From Dehalococcoidia bacterium (GTDB taxonomy: Bacteria > Chloroflexota > Dehalococcoidia > DSTF01 > JACRBR01): 64,000 nt of DNA. Positions 57,273 through 64,000 of the stretch are shown piece after piece. A program made the position numbers and the translations under genes. How positions within the stretch are numbered: the stretch's first letter is position 1; the number at the start of each line of letters is the position of its first letter. Location: assembly GCA_021731085.1 (NCBI GenBank), contig JAKFYB010000001.1, forward strand, positions 101,266-165,265, in the 5' to 3' direction. The notes beneath the pieces are model-generated. The model made no database searches. It was given only the letters and a program-made list of their open reading frames with translations, and had not been told where the DNA came from.

Positions 57273-58715
57273 TCACGGCCCGATCGGTACCACCGTCTCC
57301 CCGCGAGGGATCCGGAACTCCGGCGTCCGCGTCGCGGTCGCCGTGGCCGTCTTGGTCGATGTGTGAGTGGGCGTAGGCGTACGGGTCGGCGTAGGCGTGG
57401 CCGTCGGCATGCTGACGCCAGGCAGCGCGAGCCCACCAGCGGCGTAGTACGCCGCCGACCTCTGGTCGAAGAACCCGCCGTCGTCGTCCGCAGACAGCGA
57501 CATCAGCGTGTTGCCGTTGATCGCCGCCGGATTCGTGACGCCGTCGCCCATCCCGTCGCAGGCGCACGTTGTCCCACCAGCGCCACCACCGAACATGAAT
57601 GCAATCACGCCCGCGTTCGCGTAGTCCGCTATGTGCGTCCGCGCCGCCTCATCGAACAGCCACTCGACATGGTTGTCCTGGTAGTGGCCCCACGTGTTGT
57701 TCATCGCCCGCATCTTCGTGTTGCCCAGCGGCAACTGCCAGATCACCAGCCGCTCCTGCGCAACCGACGCGAACTTGCTCAGCATCCGTACGCTCTTCCG
57801 GTAGTCATCTGCGTCATACCAGGCCGCCGCATTCCCGTCGATGTACTGCTTGAACCCGGCATCGCGGTCGAGTTGGTCCGTGAACACGACATCGAAGTCG
57901 GCGCCGAGCGAGTTGTAGAACGTCGCCGCGCGCGTTCCCAGCGTGTCGAGCTGCGCGTCGGTGAAGTTGCCGTAGATGATGTCGAAGTTCGTGCCCCAGA
58001 CGCTCATGTGATACGCCACATCGACGTTCGGCGCGTACTGATCGCGCAGCCGCATCACCGCCTGCGCGACCCCCGCGACTGTGTTCGGCAGCCCTGCCAG
58101 CTCCGGCAGTCCCGTCGCCGCGACCTTCGCCGTCACCGTCGTCGCGTTGTCGTTGGTCGAGCGGTTTTCCATGTAGCCCCACATGTCGGGCTCGACGTGA
58201 AACACCACTTTGTTGTTCGGGAACGCGCCCGCCCGCTGCATGAACAGCTTCACGTCGTTGTACCAGGCCGTCATCGTCGCCGTGTTCTGGAGGTTGTTGT
58301 AGACGCCGTCCGGCTCGTTCTGCGACGCGCCCGGCGTCGACTGGCGGATCTGGTAGTACGGAAATACCGGCACGACGCCGTTCGCCACGGAGTCCTGAAT
58401 GTAGTACGTGACGAACGCGCCGTTCGTGTTCCAGTTCGCCCAGCCGTTCCCCGTGTTCACGCCACCAGCGAGATACTGATACCGAAACCCGTACGGCGCT
58501 GTCGCCTTCAGCGCTGCCGCCCCGCCCGGCGCATCGGCCGCGCCGATCTGCAACGTCGTCGGCCACCCATCAGGCATAGGCGGCATCGGCGAAGCCGCCT
58601 GTCCCGAGACCGACGTGATCATCGGCGGCCTCGGACGCCGACGCGCTTCAGTGCCTGTAGTGACGGTCACGGCAGCAACCGCGCCGATCAACGCAACGAG
58701 AAGAAATCGATGCAA
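57273..58715 (-). CDS. Secreted protein with Thr/Pro-rich linker, possible glycoside-hydrolase-like catalytic domain
   Basis: Signal peptide and a large domain rich in aromatic residues and Asn/Asp. A TATPTPTRTPTPTHTSTKTATATATRTPE linker resembles the one in the S8 protease. Family not resolved. Confidence 0.45.
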   Translation of the reverse strand: MHRFLLVALIGAVAAVTVTTGTEARRRPRPPMITSVSGQAASPMPPMPDGWPTTLQIGAADAPGGAAALKATAPYGFRYQYLAGGVNTGNGWANWNTNGAFVTYYIQDSVANGVVPVFPYYQIRQSTPGASQNEPDGVYNNLQNTATMTAWYNDVKLFMQRAGAFPNNKVVFHVEPDMWGYMENRSTNDNATTVTAKVAATGLPELAGLPNTVAGVAQAVMRLRDQYAPNVDVAYHMSVWGTNFDIIYGNFTDAQLDTLGTRAATFYNSLGADFDVVFTDQLDRDAGFKQYIDGNAAAWYDADDYRKSVRMLSKFASVAQERLVIWQLPLGNTKMRAMNNTWGHYQDNHVEWLFDEAARTHIADYANAGVIAFMFGGGAGGTTCACDGMGDGVTNPAAINGNTLMSLSADDDGGFFDQRSAAYYAAGGLALPGVSMPTATPTPTRTPTPTHTSTKTATATATRTPEFRIPRGETVVPIGP

Positions 58716-58904
58716 TCCCCACCCCTGGCGCCGAGATCCGACGCAGAACTGACCCTATGATCAGAATCGGATTCTGGCGGCAGATCTGTGAATCGACTGT
58801 GATATCCGACGAGGCGGTACGACGGCCGTTGTGCAATGAGTCGCGTTGCATTTGTGCATCGATGGTGCTGTTATAGTGCGCACGAAGAGCCGGAGGCCCC
58901 ACCC

Positions 58905-59525
58905 ATGCAGGCAACACGGCAAGACATCCTCGACTTCCTCCGCCGGCATCACGCCGCGTCCGTGAAAGACCTCGCGGCGCATCTCGCCCTAACACCAACG
59001 GCCGTTCGCCAGCATCTCACCATCCTCGAACGCGACGGGCTGATTGATTCGAGCGAGCAGCGCGGCCACGTCGGGCGCCCCGCGCTTGTCTACAGCCTGT
59101 CATCCAGCGGCGACAGCCTCTATCCCAAGCTGTACGACGACCTCGCCAACGCCATGATCACCGAAGCCCGCGAGCTTCTCGGCCCCGACGCCCAGCAGAA
59201 GCTGCTGAAGAACGTCGCGACCAGATTCGCCCGCCAGTATTCATCCCGCCTCGAGGGCAAATCGCCATCAGAGCGCCTGACCGAGACCGCGAAGATCGTC
59301 GGCGATCGCGGCAACGTCGTCGAAGCGGAATGGGCCGACGGCGACTACCTCGTCCGCAAGTACACATGCCCGTTCTGGAACGTCGCGAAGCAGAACAGCG
59401 CCGTCTGCGCCCTCGATGTCGAGTTTGTGCGCCAAATCGCAGGCGCCGACGCACGCCTCAGCACGAGCCTTCTGCGCGGCGACGAAGCCTGCACCTTCCG
59501 CATCCGCCCGCGTGCCGTCGGTTGA
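58905..59525 (+). CDS. Winged-helix transcriptional regulator (ArsR/MarR-like)
   Basis: N-terminal HTH ILDFLRRHHAASVKDLAAHLALTPTAVRQHLTILERDGLI. Start moved to MQATRQ. Confidence 0.5.
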   Translation: MQATRQDILDFLRRHHAASVKDLAAHLALTPTAVRQHLTILERDGLIDSSEQRGHVGRPALVYSLSSSGDSLYPKLYDDLANAMITEARELLGPDAQQKLLKNVATRFARQYSSRLEGKSPSERLTETAKIVGDRGNVVEAEWADGDYLVRKYTCPFWNVAKQNSAVCALDVEFVRQIAGADARLSTSLLRGDEACTFRIRPRAVG

Positions 59526-59629
59526 TGAGTGTGATGTGGCACAGCCGCCCCGGCTGTGACTGTGATCGTTCACAGCCGCCCGCCTGTCAGCGTGTGGTGC
59601 AGCCGCCCCCGGCTGTGAGCGAGCCAGAC

Positions 59630-60529
59630 CTACCAGTTGATGTCCGTCCACACCGCGATCGCAAACCCGAACGCGAGCAGAACGCCGAACAGCATGTGCA
59701 ACCCAGCCGTCTGCGCAAGCACCATGTTCAGCGCCCGCGACGACGTCTGCTGCATCTCGAACCGCACGAGCCGCAACGCTATGGGCAGCGTCACCAGCGT
59801 GATGAGCACCGTCCACGGCGCTGCGCCACCCACGATCATCGCGACGATCACGGCGTACGCGCCAAGCGTCAACGCAATAAATTCATAGTCGGCGAGAGGA
59901 CGGCCTGCCAGTGCGGCCAGCGTCCACTTATTGTTGCGACGATCATTCTCGATGTCGCGCACATTGTTAGCGTGCAGGATCGCTGCCACGAGCAGTCCGA
60001 TCGGAATCGACGCGATGAGCGGTTCCCACGCAAATGCTTCGACCTGCACGTAGTACGCACCCATCACGATCACCGGCCCCATGAACACGAACACAACGAC
60101 CTCGCCCAGCCCACGATACGCAAGCGAAAACGGCGATGCTGTGTAGAAGTAACCAGCAAGCACGCTAGCGATACCCAGCGCCAGCACGGGCCACCCCGTC
60201 ATCGCGGTGATCGTGAGACCGATCGCAGCGCCGATTACGAACGCAACGAGGCCGCCGACGAGCACCGCCCGTGGCGAAAGTATCCCGCGTTGAATGACGC
60301 CGCTCTGTCCGAGCGATTCGTCGTTGTCCGTGCCCTTCACGTGGTCGAAGTAGTCGTTCACGAGGTTTGTTCCCGCGTGAATCGCGACGGACCCGGCCAG
60401 CGCAAGCACGAACAACAGCCAGTTAAACGACTCCTGTGCCGCAATTGCCGTCCCGACCAGAACGGGAATCACGGATGCGGTGAACGAAACGGGCCGAAGC
60501 GCTGTAACCCAGACTTTGAGTGACTTCAT
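59630..60529 (-). CDS. menA: 1,4-dihydroxy-2-naphthoate polyprenyltransferase (UbiA superfamily)
   Basis: NDYFDHVKGTDND Asp-rich motif and eight or nine TM helices. Start at MKSLKVW; the long upstream extension in the ORF track is spurious. Confidence 0.75.
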   Translation of the reverse strand: MKSLKVWVTALRPVSFTASVIPVLVGTAIAAQESFNWLLFVLALAGSVAIHAGTNLVNDYFDHVKGTDNDESLGQSGVIQRGILSPRAVLVGGLVAFVIGAAIGLTITAMTGWPVLALGIASVLAGYFYTASPFSLAYRGLGEVVVFVFMGPVIVMGAYYVQVEAFAWEPLIASIPIGLLVAAILHANNVRDIENDRRNNKWTLAALAGRPLADYEFIALTLGAYAVIVAMIVGGAAPWTVLITLVTLPIALRLVRFEMQQTSSRALNMVLAQTAGLHMLFGVLLAFGFAIAVWTDINW

Positions 60530-60819
60530 ATGGAGCCATCGTATGGTGCGTGCAGGCGAGCGGCAATTCACACGATGCAGTGGCGGAATCAAGCGAACAG
60601 CGACATAAGTAACCCGTTCGTAGCAGGTTCGCGTACGCTTGCGCTCGATTGACCCGGTGCCGTGCGTATAATGCTCCGAACCCCAACGGGCGCCAACGCA
60701 GCATCTCCCGCGTCTCATTCGTCCGCGCATCCAGCGCACACGACGTGATCGCTCGCCGCGAGGAGCCTGAGGGAACGAAGACAGAATCCGCGCGACGGGA
60801 ATCGGCGCGCTCGGGGAGG

Positions 60820-62925
60820 GGCATGGTTGCCAGGACATGGGTAGGGCGCTTCTGCGTGGCCGACGGTCACGTTGACGAAGAAGGTCCGTGGTTAAGCTCG
60901 CTCATCAGACAACGCCCGGACGACGAGCCCGACGAACTGTATGTGCTTGTTGAACCCGCGTCTCCAGATAGTGCTCAGTACACGGCGCAGCTCGTCGAAG
61001 TGATCGCCCAGCTCTACCGCAAGGATGCGCTGTCTCTGACCGGCGCCCTCACGCGCGCCCTCCGTGCCGCGCACGAGCATTTGCTCGACTGGAACTCCAA
61101 GAGTCTGCCCGAACATCGCATCGGCGCAGGCTCTAGCTGCCTCGCGCTCAGTGGCGTCGACGCGTATCTCGCGCAAGTGGGTCCGAGTCTTGCCTACGTG
61201 CGCAAGGCCGACGGCACGTTGCGTCGTCTGCACGCGGCCGAGAATGATTTCGACAACGCGCTCGGCATGGCACCCGACTTTACACCGCACCTCACACGCA
61301 TAGCGTTCGAGCCAGGTGACCTCGCCGTGATCGCATCATCGTCGCTCGACACCGTCGCTCCGGAAGCAGTCGTCGAGCGTATTCTCTCCCGTCCGACTGA
61401 CGACATCCTTGCCGAGTTCTACCTGCTCGGCAAAGACACGCCGAACCTCGCGTTCGTCCTGCTGTCCTGCTTCGATGAGCCGCTCGATACGCCGCCGGAC
61501 TACCTCACCCACGAAGGCGCCGCGCGCGAAGCGCAGGGCGTACCGCTCGACGATCAGCAGCCGACGGAAATCGAGGGCATTCTCGTGCCTGTCGCAGCCG
61601 GCGACTCGCCCGAACTAGCAGAAGCATCGCTCGCGCACACCATCCCGGGCGACGACTGGCATCTCGCAAAGATGCCGATCAAACAGCAGGTCGACGAAAT
61701 CAAGGAATCCGCTGCTCCTCTCGCATCACCCGGCGTTTCGATCCGCGGCGGCGGCTCGAACATTCGCTACAAGAAGACCACCGGACCCGGCCTGCCCATC
61801 CCGCAGCTTCAGATTCCAAAGCTCGCAATATTCGCGGCGCTCGCGATCGCGCTCGTCGCGTTCGTCGTCTGGTGGCAACTTCCCGGTTCCGTCGCCGAAA
61901 GCCGCGAGGATCGCTTCGTCGAGCACGTGGCCGCCGCCCGCGAGTACAACGCTCGCGCTCAGGCCGCCTCGGATCCGGGCCTGAAGCGCCAGCTACTCAC
62001 GGACGCCCGCGCCAGCCTCGATGACGCCGCGAACATTCACGACGACGACCCCGACGTCGTGGCACTGCAGGCCGACATTACGGCCGCGCTCAACGTCCTC
62101 AACGCGGTCTACGAAGTGAAAGAGACCGCCGTCGTCGTGGACCTCGCGCAGATTGTGACGGGCGATCTCGGTGCGACGCAAATCGCGCTCGGTGGCGACT
62201 CTACCTACGTGCTCGATGCCGAGGGTGGGCGTGTGCTGCGTGTGCCTGTCGCGGGCGGTGTCGCCGAGACGATCTATGAACAGGGCACGATGGTAAACCT
62301 GACGACGGAAGGTCAGCCGATCGAGATCACGTGGTCCGACGCGACGGCAAGCCTGATCATCCTCGACGACCAGCGGCAGGCCTTCACGCACTTTCCCGGC
62401 CAGGGGACGCTGCCGCTCGTAGTCCGCGGCACAGAAAGCCTCGGCTCACTTGACTCGATCTCGACGTCGGCGGGTAATCTCTACGTGCTCGACCGCGGCC
62501 AGAACCAGGTCTGGCGCTACCTGCCCGGGCAGGGAGGCTACGACAGCGAGCGCACCGCCCTCCTCGATAGCGCAAATCTAACGAACGCAACCGAACTCGC
62601 CGTCGCGCAGGATGTCTACGTGCTCGACGCGCAGGCGGGCGTCCGGCGCTTCGTACTGAAAACCGAGGCGCCGTTCACGCTCGCCGGCATCGATACACCG
62701 CTCGTCGCGCCCGCCTCGATCGCGGTGCTACCGGGCTCGAACCGCGTCGTGTTCGCCGACACCGGCAACAAGCGCATCATCGTCGCTACCAGCGACGGCC
62801 GCTTCCTGCGCCAGATCGTGAGCCCCAGCTTCACCGACCTCCGCGCCGTCAGCATCGATGAAGGCACCGGCGCCATGTACATCCTCAACGGCGACACCGT
62901 CCTCCGTGCGACGTTTCCTCCGTGA
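60820..62925 (+). CDS. Membrane-anchored protein with cytoplasmic N-terminal domain and extracellular beta-propeller (NHL-like) repeats
   Basis: One central TM helix (LAIFAALAIALVAFVVWW) and C-terminal repeated YVLD/MYIL motifs typical of propeller blades. Start uncertain (60649 or 60820). Confidence 0.4.
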   Translation, partial: GMVARTWVGRFCVADGHVDEEGPWLSSLIRQRPDDEPDELYVLVEPASPDSAQYTAQLVEVIAQLYRKDALSLTGALTRALRAAHEHLLDWNSKSLPEHRIGAGSSCLALSGVDAYLAQVGPSLAYVRKADGTLRRLHAAENDFDNALGMAPDFTPHLTRIAFEPGDLAVIASSSLDTVAPEAVVERILSRPTDDILAEFYLLGKDTPNLAFVLLSCFDEPLDTPPDYLTHEGAAREAQGVPLDDQQPTEIEGILVPVAAGDSPELAEASLAHTIPGDDWHLAKMPIKQQVDEIKESAAPLASPGVSIRGGGSNIRYKKTTGPGLPIPQLQIPKLAIFAALAIALVAFVVWWQLPGSVAESREDRFVEHVAAAREYNARAQAASDPGLKRQLLTDARASLDDAANIHDDDPDVVALQADITAALNVLNAVYEVKETAVVVDLAQIVTGDLGATQIALGGDSTYVLDAEGGRVLRVPVAGGVAETIYEQGTMVNLTTEGQPIEITWSDATASLIILDDQRQAFTHFPGQGTLPLVVRGTESLGSLDSISTSAGNLYVLDRGQNQVWRYLPGQGGYDSERTALLDSANLTNATELAVAQDVYVLDAQAGVRRFVLKTEAPFTLAGIDTPLVAPASIAVLPGSNRVVFADTGNKRIIVATSDGRFLRQIVSPSFTDLRAVSIDEGTGAMYILNGDTVLRATFPP

Positions 62926-62938
62926 TACGCTCCGGCAA

Positions 62939-63232
62939 ATGAAGAAGAGTAACCATCCTGAATACGTCGTCGTTACGGCCGCTTGCGCGCGCCCATTTGT
63001 GATCGAGGCGACGTTCATCGACGGCTTCTCGCGCGAGATCGATATGTCCGAAGAACTTTGGGGAGAGGTATTCGAGCCTCTAACGGATCCTGCATTCTTC
63101 ATGCAAGGCAGGTTCGACGAAGAGGCGGGAACGATCGTGTGGCCGAACGACGCCGACCTCGCGCCGGAGTTCCTCCGTTGGGGCCGCCACGTTCCATCGG
63201 AGATCGGTGTGTGTGGCAGCGGGATGGCGTAG
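62939..63232 (+). CDS. DUF2442-like small protein
   Basis: ~98 aa with a VWPNDADLAPE motif resembling DUF2442; local GC is lower than elsewhere. Confidence 0.35.
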   Translation: MKKSNHPEYVVVTAACARPFVIEATFIDGFSREIDMSEELWGEVFEPLTDPAFFMQGRFDEEAGTIVWPNDADLAPEFLRWGRHVPSEIGVCGSGMA

Positions 63233-63865
63233 CTACCTACGCAGGCTCCTCGCCCAAGCGCGAGCGTCAGCGTCGGGCGCTTTCGAGTAGCCGTCCGTCC
63301 ATCCTACGAGGTGCCGCCTCGTGTCGCTGCATATCGTGTCCATGAACGACCAGATCTCATTGAACCGCCGATCAACCGCGATGTGTCGGTTCGAATCCCA
63401 AGACACGTCGAACCCGTCCGCTGCGAATCGAAGCAATTCGTTTGTTGCCTGACACATGCGATCGAATTCGACCGCCTCCGCTCGTGTCATCCGCGCAATG
63501 GTCTCGTCGAAGACAGTTGGATCGAACAGCCCGCGGTCCTTCACGTTCCGAAAGTCTCGCCCATGATCCCAGATCACTCGGCGGAGAACCGGCAGCTTGC
63601 GCTTCTGCACGAAATCCCTGGTGACCTCGTAGAGCGAGATGTTGTACCGAGGTTTGTCCCAGTGCCCCTCGGTTCGTTGAAATTCATGAGTTTGGATGTA
63701 CCAAGTAACGCCTGGTAGCTCAAAGTCGGGCGGATGAAGATGACAGGGACCTTTGAACCGGGCAAGCCCGATTGCTATTCGATGTGATATTCGCTTTGAG
63801 AGCGCCCTCGTGGGGGCAACGCGAAACCGCGTTTTCTTCGGACTAACGCACCCATCCGTCTTCAT
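63233..63865 (-). CDS. Hypothetical protein (lower-GC segment)
   Basis: 210-aa ORF with no motif recognised. ATGA overlap with the upstream partial gene. Confidence 0.3.
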   Translation of the reverse strand: MKTDGCVSPKKTRFRVAPTRALSKRISHRIAIGLARFKGPCHLHPPDFELPGVTWYIQTHEFQRTEGHWDKPRYNISLYEVTRDFVQKRKLPVLRRVIWDHGRDFRNVKDRGLFDPTVFDETIARMTRAEAVEFDRMCQATNELLRFAADGFDVSWDSNRHIAVDRRFNEIWSFMDTICSDTRRHLVGWTDGYSKAPDADARAWARSLRR

Positions 63866-64000
63866 GCAGATGGCCGCGTAATCGCACCCTCGCTCGCGCT
63901 CGACACGAGCGCAGCGTACTTCGCCATCACGCCCGTCGTGTAGCGCGGCGCCGGCGGCGACCAGTCGCGCAGTCGTGATGCGATCTCATCGTCCGAAAGC
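63862..64000 (-). CDS. C-terminal fragment of an unidentified protein (partial at window edge)
   Basis: Open frame ending ...[23 protein letters not shown]; translationally coupled to the downstream gene. Confidence 0.3.
   Translation of the reverse strand, partial: LSDDEIASRLRDWSPPAPRYTTGVMAKYAALVSSASEGAITRPSA

Noticed and set aside
59630-60838. 402-aa version of menA
   Set aside because: The N-terminal ~100 residues (Arg/Cys-rich) are not part of any UbiA-family protein, and the conserved fold starts at MKSLKVW. While checking this start I found a one-base inconsistency between my line-based coordinate counting and the track frame here, so starts in this area are quoted to within about 1 nt.

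Overview
The window is a high-GC (~65%) bacterial chromosomal segment, mostly core and cell-envelope genes, with a few odd insertions. Gene content and starts were read off the ORF track, with several starts moved on the basis of RBS position, N-terminal motifs or overlap with the neighbouring gene; nothing was searched against a database.

Main blocks, left to right:
- TetR regulator plus partial HlyD-type efflux adaptor.
- S8 subtilisin-like protease with three C-terminal Ig-like repeats.
- Envelope glycosylation cluster: GT4, two GT-C PMT/ArnT-like membrane glycosyltransferases, a flippase-like protein, a GT2 polyprenol-phosphate-sugar synthase and a short UDP-glucose-dehydrogenase-like gene. 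A small Pro/Thr-rich secreted protein with an LPxAG-type C-terminal sorting signal sits inside it.
- YdjM-like hydrolase, a small metzincin, nitroreductase, acyl-CoA-dehydrogenase-like flavoprotein and a PQQ sugar dehydrogenase.
- An orphan phage-like pair: a coiled-coil scaffold-like protein plus an HK97-family major capsid protein, with no other phage genes nearby.
- F420-linked LLM oxidoreductases, a ThiE fused to four NTF2-like domains, and NagB.
- An orphan tadE-tadG-tadE/F minor-pilin trio.
- A cytochrome bc (b6-type) operon: small membrane ORF, cytochrome b6, an extended subunit IV, Rieske protein and a cytochrome c fused to a cupredoxin.
- A FecCD/BtuF-type ABC importer.
- A T-box-like leader (strong promoter, canonical T-box sequence, intrinsic terminator) upstream of ilvBNC-leuACD, with a low-GC VapBC module inserted inside that operon.
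- HtrA, and a phnX-phnW phosphonate pair in which phnW is frameshifted.
- GT87/PAP2 membrane genes and a GNAT acetyltransferase.
- cofG-cofH (F420 chromophore synthase), menA, and a low-GC tail at the window end.

Two repeat families recur in intergenic DNA: a GC-rich hairpin (GCGCGGGCTTTTCAGCCCGCG, six copies) just downstream of stop codons, and heptanucleotide tandem repeats at three sites.
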